From Eledone cirrhosa (Eukaryota): a stretch of 64,000 nucleotides of DNA. The translations under genes were made by a program, and so were the position numbers. The notes beneath the pieces are model-generated. The model saw only the letters and a list, made by a program, of their open reading frames with translations, was not told the origin of the DNA and ran no database searches. This document shows positions 44,701 through 56,467 of the stretch, piece after piece. Numbering within the stretch: the first letter of the stretch is position 1; every line of letters starts with the position of its first letter. The stretch covers positions 103,540,001 through 103,604,000 of the forward strand of contig OZ024743.1 in assembly GCA_964016885.1 (NCBI GenBank). Reading direction: 5' to 3'.

Positions 44701-45810
44701 AAGCGTTTCAAATGTCGTTTCTACACCTTTAGATCGTATAGCCTTCAGATAATTGCCAGCTATTTCGTTCACCGCTTCCAATTCCAATTTAGTGGGTTCT
44801 TTACTGACTCTAGTGTTGTATGGTCTGTCACTCACATTAAGGCTGTGTATCTCTTGAAACATATCATTCCATATCACTTGTAGGGAGCCCACAAGTTTTT
44901 GGTGCTCTGTTTGTTCAGTAGAGTCATGAATTTCAGCCTCGTTGTTGATGTGGTGACAATTACTACTAGAGTCAGCTGACCTTTCTCGCTGTTCTTCAGT
45001 GGAAGTGGGATGAATTTCAGCAAAATTGTTGGTGAGCTGTTCACTGTTAGATTTAGCTGGCCATTCCCTTTGTCTGTCAGTGGAGGTGGGGTGGTTGTCT
45101 ACAAGGGCTGTATTTGTAGTATCACTCGATTCCGTTAGATGTATCAATTTACATCTAATGATACGTTTTGCCTGTTCATTTAAATGCTTTGGAGAAAAGT
45201 CTAATTCTGGGTGTTTGGAGTTCCATAAAGTTTTTAGCCTTTGCATAAAACCGAACTTTTGGGGTTCAGATTGTTTGTATGCTTCATATAATACTTTGTT
45301 AAGCTCGTAGGTCCACTGTATACAACGGTTGTAATTGCGATTTGGTCGAAGGAGACTTGTACTTTTTGCCATGATGAGTTCGTCTATTCACTAATATTTC
45401 GTATTTATTTTTCAAAATAGTCGATGATCTTCTTTAAAAGTTACGACAAAGTTCTGTCAGAATCAAATTTAAAGTTATTCACAGCTTGAGTAATATTTCT
45501 TTTCAGTTAGTTTTTAATTCTACAGCTGTGTTTTATATAAATGTAATATTTCTTTATAAAGGTAATATAACAACGTTGCATTTATATGTTAAAGTGTATG
45601 TATCGTTCATATATCATAAGTGTATGTATCGTTCATATAAATAGGTGTTTTACAACACACTTACAGTTCAAACACTTATGTAGAATTATTGTATGTAATC
45701 TTACCGCGTAATGTAGCTCAACTTTTTCCAATATATGGTATGTTGCCTTCATGTAAGCCGTAATTACACACGTCCGATTATCGGACACTGACCACAACGG
45801 TCGCCATTTT
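41782..45810 (-). mobile_element. Near full-length R4/Dong-like non-LTR retrotransposon in (TATG)n
   Basis: Single RT-RLE ORF region with 5' and 3' UTRs; both ends abut (TATG)n; 3' UTR hairpin at 41820-41838. Confidence 0.9.
41862..45372 (-). CDS. RT + CCHC zinc knuckle + restriction-like endonuclease (one frameshift near 42800)
   Basis: N-terminal WT.ELN..LY..Y..W domain; NYRPIAC; LDYQKAFDSVPH; GIFQGDSLS; HLFFVDD; CRLC..EDVSH.VASC; RHD; RPDIVV; EISCP; KEDIY. Confidence 0.92.
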
Positions 45811-45853
45811 ATGTATGTATGTATGTATGTATGTATGTATGTATGTATGTATG

Positions 45854-45882
<29 letters not shown>

Positions 45883-45886
<4 letters not shown>

Positions 45887-46711
45887 TGCCAAAACAACTC
45901 TTTTATGGAGAGTTGGTTAAAGGAAAACGACCGCCACGTAAACCAAAAAAGAGGTATAAGGATTCCTTGAAAGCCTCTCTGAAAGACGCTAACATCTCTG
46001 CTGATACATGGGAAAATGTTGCTGCTGACCGTAATAAATGGAGAAAGACTGTATATGAGGGAAAAGTTGCCTTTGAGGCATCTCGAATCGCATACGAGAA
46101 AGTAAAGCGGAATGTGAGGAAGGGCATTGCTGTTGCACTTCCAGACGGTGAGGGTCCTCCTATGGTGCTGACATGCAGCGTATGTGCGAGACTCTGCCTA
46201 AGCAAAGCTGGACTCGAAAGTCATCTTCGCAGTCATAGAGTAAGACCAGTGGTTGACTACCAGGCTGCTGTTGGAGATGCTACTCATCATGCTTGCCAAA
46301 CATGTGGTAGAGAATGTAAATCAACAGAAGGGCTCAAGCGACATGCAAAAGTACACGAACTCCAACCACAGCCGACTATTCCCAGTGAATGTTTTGGTTG
46401 CCGACTCTGTGCAAGACATTTTAGATCATTGGCTGGGCTAAAAAGCCACATTCGATCGCAGCGCTGTTAGTTGCTATCGTGTGTGTGTGTGTAGATATGC
46501 TTATGTGTGTGCGTGTGTGTGTATATATATATATGTATATGTATATTATTATTGTTGTTGTCGTTATTATTATTGTTGTTATTATTATTATTATTATTAT
46601 TATTGTTATTAATGTGTGTGTGTATATGTGTGTGAGTATGTGTGTGTGTATGTGTGTGTGTGTATATATGTATGTATATGTATATATATATATATATATA
46701 TTTCTTTTTTT

Positions 46712-46742
<31 letters not shown>

Positions 46743-46795
46743 TTCTTTCTTCTGGTGCAATGGCCATACTCGATAACGAGGGGGCAGCCATCATG
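45883..46795 (+). mobile_element. RTE-clade LINE 3' fragment ending in three C2H2 zinc fingers
   Basis: LPKQLFYGEL..G.R...KRYKDSLK..WE..A.DR.KWR followed by CSVC..HLRSH, CQTC..HAKVH, CRLC..HIRS. Confidence 0.85.
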
Positions 46796-46883
46796 TATGT
46801 ATGTATGTATGTATTGCATTGTATTGTATTTTGAGTTACATTTTGTTCAAAGTGTTTTTCAATCAACACTTACTATATAGATA

Positions 46884-47447
46884 TCTTTCTTTATTTGCCA
46901 CAGGGGCGCACAAAAATGGGGCATTACAAGACGTGAGGGCGGGGGTTTTACATAGAATCTTTAACAATGATAAATAACAATAAACTATATAAAAATAAAA
47001 CAATTGAAATCTCTATTAGTGGGGTAACGCTATTGCGGGGTTGTTTTACACCCCGTGGATAGAACAACCCTCAACATCAGGAACACGTTTTGTAGGTGTT
47101 CCTGTCTTCCCTCTGTTTATCTTCCTCAACCTACAGGTTTATATACAGATATGGCCCATTCACTCGGGTCGGGCCATTTTCGCCACATTCACCCACCTTT
47201 CATCGAATTTACTGGGGTGTAGCACCTCTCTCTCCACTCTAACCTTCCTTCTGAAGTGGTACTTAAAGAAGGGGATGAGTTGTTGTCCGGAGAGAAAGGT
47301 GTTTGCCCTCAGTCCTTTTAACCTCGTCCACCATATTACCTCTTTCGCCATAGCCACTAGACAGAGGAAAACCGCCTCTCCTTCATTCTTAAATGAAGGC
47401 GGCGGGGTGATCCTCACGATGGACTCGGCTGACAACTGGATGCGTCC
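46884..47447 (-). mobile_element. 5'-truncated L1/Tx1-type LINE 3' end
   Basis: AMAKEVIWWTR..F..RW C-terminus; AATAAA-containing tail; 15-bp TSD CTTACTATATAGATA (46869-46883, 47448-47462). Confidence 0.75.
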
Positions 47448-48395
47448 CTTACTATATAGATAGCAATGCAAATATTAATATTCTTGAAGTATTCTCTTAG
47501 TAAGGGATATTGTTGTATTTGTTTGTTTTTGTTTGTTTGTTTTTTGTTTGTTTGTTTTAGATGTATATGTTAAGTGTAAATTAAAAGGAGAGGATGTCAA
47601 TCTGAGTGGTGTGCGGTATTTGTACCAGCTCTCTGAACTCCGAGTTCAAATCACGCCGAGGTCAGATTTGCTTTTCATTCTTTCTAAATCGATAAAAGAA
47701 TAACCAGTTCAGTACAAGGGTCGATTATTCCTCTATATCTTATAAATTACGGGTTCATATATGCACACATTTTCAGTAAAAACAAATAAAATAATAAACC
47801 CCAAGCTTCCATGTCAGTAAAAACTATCTGAGTGAGTTTATAAGCACAACAAAAGAAGACATGGCAAACGAAAACAGTGAAACGAAGGTAAAATCTGACA
47901 AGAAAATGTATGTTAAATATAATTATGCAGCAAGTAAAATTAGTGGAAAGTGTGAGTATGGTCACTGAATATAAGGTAAAGTAAAGGGCACGTAACTCCT
48001 GATGGAGTCATGGGATCGACGTTCCAACACTCGGATTGTCTTAAGCATTTTAAACCTGGAAAAGCCCATCCCTCTCTAAATCGGTACGCAACCGATTTCT
48101 TCCAGAGAAAGAAAGAGATAGGTTGAGAGGGAGAGGCGGAACAGAGAGAGAGAAAGAGACAGACAGACAGAGAAGGAGGGTAATATAGAAGACTCGACAC
48201 TTGTACTAGTCTGGTGCTTTATTTATCGACCTCAAAAAAACGAAAGGCAAAGTTGACCCCGATGAGATTTGCTGGAAGCCGGATCAAACACCGAGGTATT
48301 TCTTAATCCGAGGCCATAATGTCTCTACCAATTCGGCGTTTCCGCCGAATGTAAATTAATACTTAAAAGATGTAATTTATAATATTTGTTTCCAG

Positions 48396-48414
48396 GGTTC
48401 GATGGCATAAGTAA
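48396..48414 (+). CDS. Candidate terminal coding exon
   Basis: Acceptor TTTGTTTCCAG; in phase with 35046-35106 it gives (Q)VRWHK*. Confidence 0.25.
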
Positions 48415-48829
48415 CGGTAGGATTCTGGAATTTGGTCAATCTACTTAAATAAATCACTTTTAAAATCAGATTTTAGAGGAGGGTATAGCTTTAATCAAGT
48501 ATGTACATGATATTTATAGTTATTAAGATATGTTGTTTATCAAATATCTATTCTTTTCGCGAAGAAAAGTTATTCATAGATTTCTTAAATATATATCTGT
48601 TATTACATCAATAAACATATAATTGGAAATATGATGGAATCTCAACAACAATATAATAAATATAGTCAATCTTGTAAATTTTGTGAATGAGCATGTTTAA
48701 TGAAGAATGATAACCCATACATGCATGGAAAGCTGGGCACACTGCACAATATACTGCCAAGTGCAACTCACTCACTTCAAGGCCACCGCTATGAGACGTC
48801 CCCTGCTCTTCCACAGGGCTGAGTCCACG

Positions 48830-49261
48830 ACAAAAAGCATCAAGTCCTCCCAGTAAGGTGGTACTGATGATGTTTCAACAAAAAGCATTCAATCCGCCAT
48901 GCACAACAAAAAGTACCCAGTCCACATTGTAAGGTGGTGGTGCTGGTGCCATGACAAAAAGCATCAGTCTACCGTGTAAGGTAGTTGAGATGATACCACG
49001 GCAAACCGTTGTCAGACTATCTTGTAAAATAGTAGTGTTAGTGCCACGAAAAAGGCTCCTAGTACACCCTATAATGTGGTTGGCGTTTGGAAGGGCATCC
49101 AGCTTTTGAAAACCTAGCCCCCAAAACGGATCGTATGAGCTAGACGTGGTCACCTGACCTGCCAAGCCTCATGACGTGACAGCCTGTCTAACCCATGCTA
49201 GCATAGAAAATAGACGTTGAACGGGAGTGATGATGATGATGTAGATGATGATGATGATGTA

Positions 49262-49315
<54 letters not shown>
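48830..49315 (+). mobile_element. RTE-tail SINE/LINE 3' UTR with internal repeats and (GAT)n
   Basis: GGAAGGGCATCCAGC and GTCTAACCCATGCTAGC shared with 1900-2040. Confidence 0.65.
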
Positions 49316-49537
49316 ATACAGAACGAAAACAAAAGCATATATTTAGGGGCAGAAGGATAAGAAAAGCGAGAAAAAGGGTTATAGAATTAGTATTAAAAAA
49401 CCTCACGAATTTTTGCTTTTAAATGAACAAAGCTGAACAATGTTCTGAATTATTGGGTCGTCAAGTCAAGTATGAAATTTGTAGAAATTTGTAGAAGAAA
49501 AACAAATTTCTATAAATTTCATACTTGCGGTCCAATA

Positions 49538-50022
49538 TCTAAACTATAATAAAGTAAGAAGCGCGGGACTGCGTACGGTTTATAATTTTTTATCCGATTA
49601 GTAAAATAAGTTGGATTACTTTGAAATAAATAATGAATGAATATTACATAATTTATCTACTAAATTTCGTGGCTGTTCATTAAATATATTTTATTATTTA
49701 TTTAAAGATTCACGTCTTTAAAATTTTCAAATGTCAACACTTCCGGTGGCGATCGCTTAAATAAACATATTAATTTTCTGTCACTAATTTTCTCCTAATG
49801 CAGTTTATATATAATATCGTCTTTTTTTTAGTGTATCATGGATTACGTTACTGATTACATAAGACAGTGTAACACAGTCTCTCTTCAATTTCTGTGTATA
49901 TTGTCAATTACGATTTTATTTGACGTATCATATCTACATGTATATATACTTGCATATAATATCAATATACACACCACACATGCTAGCAGAAAACCACCCT
50001 TCGAGTGGGGTTTCTGTTAGTA
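49538..50022 (+). mobile_element. Non-autonomous Helitron-like element (copy 1)
   Basis: Starts A|TCTAAACTATAATAAA and ends in hairpin CAGAAAACCACCC-TTCG-AGTGGGGTTTCTG + TTAG; inverted diverged copy at 57607-58149. Confidence 0.6.
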
Positions 50023-50610
50023 TTAGTAATGACTTGAATATTTATCACAGGGTCCCAAGTTTGACGACCTCATCACAGGGGACCTTGGAAATTGATTATC
50101 ACTCATCTCTGATCTCGGTCAGGCGAACGATAACAACCTGAAACCAACTCATAGAAGAAGAAGAAGAAGAAGAAGAAGAAGAAGAAGAAGAAGAAGAAGA
50201 AGAAGAAGAAGAAGAAGAAGAAGAAGAAGAAGAAGAAGAAGAAGAAGAAGAAGAAGAAGAAGAAGAAGAAGAAGAAGAAGAAGAAGAAGAAGAAGAAGAA
50301 GAAGAAGAAGAAGATCTCTTACTGATCAATTTGAATGTGTAGATGAAATGCCTTGTGGTATTTATATCTCCTCTTTTACATTCGTGGACGCAACGTCACG
50401 AATTTTTTGTGCTAGTGTCAAGCCTTGGCTTGATGGAAATTGTTAAGACGTCCGTCGGAGGGACTGTACCTGCATTTCAAAGCAGCAGCTTTGTGACACA
50501 CGTTCAGTGTGTAGATGTCTGTGTAATGCTCGGCCAGTTACACGTTCATTTCTTAAGCAGGCTGTCCGAAAAAGTGGGATACTCATCGTCGTAACCGACG
50601 GAAATTCAGT

Positions 50611-50652
<42 letters not shown>

Positions 50653-50683
50653 TTAATGGAAACTATCTTTATAAAACCATATT

Positions 50684-50744
50684 TATTTTATTATATATAC
50701 TTCAAGGGTACCAACATTTTGGTACGCTCTCATCAGATAAAATA
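50684..50744 (-). ncRNA. PLE hammerhead-like motif (GAAG core variant); mirror copy at 56276-56336 (+)
   Basis: TATTTTAT-CTGATGA-GAGCGTACCA..TGGTACCCTT-GAAG-TATATA-TA-ATAAAATA. Confidence 0.6.
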
Positions 50745-51552
50745 CAAAAGTTGTTTTATAGATAGTGACATATCCAAAAACAAGAACTTGTCGTTTTAAG
50801 TTCTGTTTCAATAGTGAAAGAAATTCAAATCTTAGGATGAATATGTTAATGGGGATAACGTGAAGTTGAAAAAGATCGTTATATTTAGACGCTAGGTAAA
50901 TTTACATAATTATTAAGATTATTTGTTAAGGGAAGAAGAGAGAGAGGTTAATATTAATATTAGGGTGTAAGAAAATGTAAGGAATTAATATAAGAAAAAA
51001 GTATATTATAATTAGGAATAGACTATTATTAATATATAATTGTATGGATCGTATTAGTGATGGTGTAAAGAGAGTGAAATAATTATATTTATTTATTTAA
51101 TTATATAACTATATAATTTTGATAGTATCTTTAATATAACATGAGAATTATAAATGTGTTGAAGTGGTAGAATATCAATTTTAAAAAGTGAGAGATACTA
51201 ATTATTGGGTCTATTCTAATCGTGAGTTTTAATATTATATAGATAATTTTTATAAGTATAAAAACAAATAACGAAACGAAATTAAATTTCGTTTCGTTTG
51301 TAACTCACTTTTGTATGACTGACGCTTAAACAATTAAGTTAAAAATGTACATCCACATATGTATACTGAAATACTAGTATGCATATGAATACACACACGT
51401 ATACATATGTAGATGTACCAAGTCTTTCACTGGTCACTTTACTGTGAGTGGCCAGCTATTCTGTATGTAAACATACAGACAAACCGGTTTTTAGAGTCAT
51501 ACTGGTTTTTGAGGAAACACCTTTCCTCTATTCTCCAGAAAGCCAGACAAGG

Positions 51553-51597
51553 AATATTGAACTAGTTTCGTTGTTGTTACAACTCATCAGCAATATT
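51553..51597 (-). ncRNA. Type I hammerhead ribozyme, copy 1
   Basis: Reverse complement reads AATATTG-CTGATGA-GTTGT-AACA-ACAAC-GAAA-CTAG-TT-CAATATT. Confidence 0.92.
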
Positions 51598-52018
51598 TAC
51601 CTATCTACCGGCCTTTCTGGAGAATCGTAAAAGCACATATCGTTATATGCTTTTTCTATGAAAATTAGTAGTGGGCAGACTAATTTGCATAGAGTGTGAG
51701 TACGTACCGGTTCAACGGAGACGATAAAAACAAATAACGAAACGAAATTAAATTTCGTTTCGTTTGTAACTCACTTTTGTATGACTGACGCTTAAACAAT
51801 TAAGTTAAAAATGTACATCCACATATGTATACTGAAATACTAGTATGCATATGAATACACACACGTATACATATGTAGATGTACCAAGTCTTTCACTGGT
51901 CACTTTACTGTGAGTGGCCAGCTATTCTGTATGTAAACACACAGACAAACCGGTTTTTAGAGTCATACTGGTTTTTGAGGAAACACCTTTCCTCTATTCT
52001 CCAGAAAGCCAGACAAGG

Positions 52019-52063
52019 AATATTGAACTAGTTTCGTTGTTGTTACAACTCATCAGCAATATT
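52019..52063 (-). ncRNA. Type I hammerhead ribozyme, copy 2
   Basis: Identical to 51553-51597. Confidence 0.92.
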
Positions 52064-52484
52064 TACCTATCTACCGGCCTTTCTGGAGAATCGTAAAAGC
52101 ACATATCGTTATATGCTTTTTCTATGAAAATTAGTAGTGGGCAGACTAATTTGCATAGAGTGTGAGTACGTACCGGTTCAACGGAGACGATAAAAACAAA
52201 TAACGAAACGAAATTAAATTTCGTTTCGTTTGTAACTCACTTTTGTATGACTGACGCTTAAACAATTAAGTTAAAAATGTACATCCACATATGTATACTG
52301 GAATACTAGTATGCATATGAATACACACACGTATACATATGTAGATGTACCAAGTCTTTCACTGGTCACTTTACTGTGAGTGGCCAGCTATTCTGTATGT
52401 AAACACACAGACAAACCGGATTTTAGAGTCATACTGGTTTTTGAGGAAACACCTTTCCTCTATTCTCCAGAAAGCCAGACAAGG

Positions 52485-52529
52485 AATATTGAACTAGTTT
52501 CGTTGTTGTTACAACTCATCAGCAATATT
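52485..52529 (-). ncRNA. Type I hammerhead ribozyme, copy 3
   Basis: Identical to 51553-51597. Confidence 0.92.
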
Positions 52530-53271
52530 TACCTATCTACCGGCCTTTCTGGAGAATCGTAAAAGCACATATCGTTATATGCTTTTTCTATGAAAATTAG
52601 TAGTGGGCAGACTAATTTGCATAGAGTGTGAGTACGTACCGGTTCAACGGAGACGATAAAAACAAATAACGAAACGAAATTAAATTTCGTTTCGTTTGTA
52701 ACTCACTTTTGTATGACTTGACGCTTAAACAATTAAGTTAAAAATGTACATCCACATATGGTATACTGAAAGTACTAGTATGCATATGAGAGTACACACA
52801 CGTATACATATGTAGATGTACCAAGTCTTTCACTGGTCAGCTTTACTGGTGAGTGGCCAGCTATTCTGTATGTAAACACACAGACAAACCGGTTTTTAGA
52901 GTCATACTCTAAAAACCGGTTTGTCTGTGTGTTTACATACAGAATAGCTGGCCACTCACAGTAAAGTGACCAGTGAAAGACTTGGTACATCTACATATGT
53001 ATACGTGTGTGTATTCATATGCATACTAGTATTTCAGTATACATATGTGGATGTACATTTTTAACTTAATTGTTTAAGCGTCAGTCATACAAAAGTGAGT
53101 TACAAACGAAACGAAATTTAATTTCGTTTCGTTATTTGTTTTTATCGTCTCCGTTGAACCGGTACGTACTCACACTCTATGCAAATTAGTCTGCCCACTA
53201 CTAATTTTCATAGAAAAAGCATATAACGATATGTGCTTTTACGATTCTCCAGAAAGGCCGGTAGATAGGTA

Positions 53272-53316
53272 AATATTGCTGATGAGTTGTAACAACAACG
53301 AAACTAGTTCAATATT
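53272..53316 (+). ncRNA. Type I hammerhead ribozyme, copy 4 (inverted block)
   Basis: AATATTG CTGATGA GTTGT AACA ACAAC GAAA CTAG TT CAATATT; predicted cleavage after 53309 (GUU). Confidence 0.92.
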
Positions 53317-56300
53317 CCTTGTCTGGCTTTCTGGAGAATAGAGGAAAGGTGTTTCCTCAAAAACCAGTATGACTCTAAAAACCGGTTTGTCTGTGTGTTT
53401 ACATACAGAATAGCTGGCCACTCACAGTAAAGTGACCAGTGAAAGACTTGGTACATCTACATATGTATACGTGTGTGTATTCATATGCATACTAGTATTT
53501 CAGTATACATATGTGGATGTACATTTTTAACTTAATTGTTTTATAAGTATATTTATGAAGAATTAGGGTTGTAAGTATATATTATTTTATTATATTACAA
53601 CAGTTTATTTATATAAATAATTTTGGTGAGTATATATGTTGTTTTTATTAATAGATAGATAATTTAAATATTTTTTATATATGTTAAGGGTTTCGATGAA
53701 TTTCTTGTTTACATTTTCAAGTTCTAATTTTATTATAGAAGATTATTTTGTATATTCAATAGTTGTATCAAGATAGGAATACATTTACAAACTTTACGAA
53801 GTTAACGAAATTATACAAAAAAAATTAATATTTATCTAAAGTTTAGTTGTTACTTAGAAGAAATGTTTAAGCGCGTTACATTATAAAGGAGAAGATAACT
53901 CCAATATTTCTTAGTTAAAATAGTTAAGTTATATTTATTCTAGAATTTACTTTAAAAAAGAAAATATTCAATTAAGATATATGTAAAATATATGTCGAAA
54001 AATGTTATATATTATTTTATATAAGATTTTATAGTATCATATATTACATATTTTCTAAGATAAAAACGCTTTTATATGTGTATTTAGATAGGATTCATTA
54101 TATCTATGCATATGTTAATGTCTATATAGTCTATTAGGAATAAATATTAGACATCAAAATTATATTCAGAGACATCATTAAAACCATCACAAAAAAGATA
54201 TATTTCAAAATATCATTTAAAAAGAATATCATTTTTTAAAAATATCATTTAAAAAGAAAAATATCATTTTTTTTTAAATCACAAAACATCAACAAAACAT
54301 AGTGAAGACATATAAAATGTAAACAAGTGAGATATAGATAATATTTTCTATAGATTGTAGATACTTCTGAACGTCTTAGTTTCGCAATGTTTGCAAGAGT
54401 TGAATAATTCTTTCTTTTTATTAATAGAGTTTTGATTGGTAAGTATATGAAATATCTCCTCAATACATAAATGACAAATTCTTGAGAGAGCCATATTTCG
54501 GTATGCGGGCGCTTTCGAAATCGTTCCCCAAGAGATTGAATAGTCAATGTTATTGTCTTTTAAGTACCAAATTAGATGTGAAAGTGATGTTGAAAATATA
54601 TAACTATATAGGATAATATATATAAGATAAAATATATAACTATATAGGAGCCACTTTTACAAAATTTAAGGAACGCTGGTATAATCACAAATATACATTT
54701 GATAGATCAGACATCACTTTCACATCTAATTTGGTACTTAAAAAACAATAATATTAACTATTCAATCTCTTGGGGAATGATTTCAGAAGCACCAGCATAC
54801 CGAAATATGGCTCTCTCAAGGATTTGTCATTTATGTATTGAGGAAATATTTCATATACTTACCAATCAAAACTCTATTAATAAAAAGAAATAATTATTCA
54901 ACCCTTGCAAACATCGCCAAACTAAGGCGTTCAGAAGTATCTACAATCTATAAAAAATATTATCTATATCTCACTTGTTTACATTTTATATGTCCTCACT
55001 ATGTTTTGATGATGTTTTGTGAGGGGTTTTTTAAATGATATTTTTTTTAAATGATATTCTTTTAAAATGATATTTTGAAATATATCTCTTTTGTGATTGT
55101 TTTAATGATGTTTCTGAATATACTTTTGATATCTGTAATATTTATTCCTAATACACTATATAGACATTAACATATGCATAGATATAAGGAATTCTATCTA
55201 AATACACATATAAAAGCGTTTTTATCTTAGAAAATATGTAATATATGATACTATAAAATCTTATATAAAATAATATATAAAGTTTTTCGACATATATTTT
55301 ACATATATCTTAATTGAATATTTTTTTTTTAAAGTAAATTCTAGAATAAGTATAACTTAACTATTTTAACTAAAAAATATTGGAGTTATCTTCTCCTTTA
55401 TAATGTAACGTGCTTAAACATTTCTTCTAAGTAACAACTAAACTTTAGATAAATATTAATTTTTTTTGTATAATTTCGTTAACTTCGTAAATTTTGTAAA
55501 TGTATTACTATCTTGATGCAACTATTGAATATACAAAACAATCTTCTATAATAAAATTAGAACTACTTCCTTTTTCTTAAATATATATTGAAAATGTAAA
55601 CAAGAAATTCATCGAAACCCTTAACATATATAAAAAATATTTAAATTATCTATCTATTAATAAAAACAACATATATACTCACCAAAATTATTTATATAAA
55701 TAACCTGTTGTAATATAATAAAATAAAATATACGTACAACCCTAATTCTTCATAAATATACTTATAAAAATTATCTATATAATACTAAAACTCACGATTA
55801 GAATAGACCCAATAATTAGTATCTCTCACCTTTTAAAATTGATATTCTACCACTTCAACACATTTATAATTCTCATATTATATTAAAGATACTACCAAAT
55901 TATATAATTATATAATTAAATAAATAAATATAATTATTTCACTCTCTTTACTAATCTCATTACTAATACGATCCATACAATTATATATTAATAATAGTCT
56001 ATTGCTAACTATAATATACTTTTTTCTTATATTCATTCCTTAAATTTTCTAACACCCTAATATTAATATTAACCTCTCTCTCTTCTCCCCTTAAAAAATA
56101 ATCTTAATAATTATTTAAATTTACCTAGCATCTAAATATAACGATCTTTTTCAACTTCACGTTATCCTCATTAACATATTCATCCTAAGATTTGAATTTC
56201 TTTCACTATTTAAACAGAACTTAAAACGACAAGTTCTTGTTTTTGGATATGTCACTATCTATAAAACAACTTTTGTATTTTATCTGATGAGAGCGTACCA

Positions 56301-56467
56301 AAATGTTGGTACCCTTGAAGTATATATAATAAAATAAATATGGTTTTATAAAGATAGTTTCCATTTATCAATATTATTGATATTATACTCCAGAAGAATC
56401 CTGTAGAGTGCTTCGAATCTGTTATAAATAAATTTGTTGAATAAACAACAAATTAAATAACTCTTTG

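Larger units (their letters stand above)
51261..53538. mobile_element. Tandem 466-bp hammerhead repeat array (non-LTR retrozyme-like): about 3.5 copies minus + about 1.4 copies plus
   Basis: Period 466 (51448, 51914, 52380), near-identical copies; inversion centre at about 52903; TSD TTTTATAAGTATA (51248-51260, 53539-53551). Confidence 0.9.

Noticed and set aside
45700-45810. HDV-like ribozyme at the 5' end of the R4/Dong element (also sought at RTE 5' ends)
   Set aside because: Could not build the nested double pseudoknot by eye; needs a descriptor search.
51448-51630. 60-aa ORF repeated in each 466-bp unit
   Set aside because: GTG start, antisense to the ribozyme strand, and not evident in the 427-bp relative; it recurs only because the DNA is repeated.
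51261-53538. Endogenised viroid/obelisk or ambisense ribozyme replicon
   Set aside because: Only one polarity of the monomer has a hammerhead; the opposite-strand copy comes from the DNA inversion; no Oblin- or delta-antigen-like ORF.
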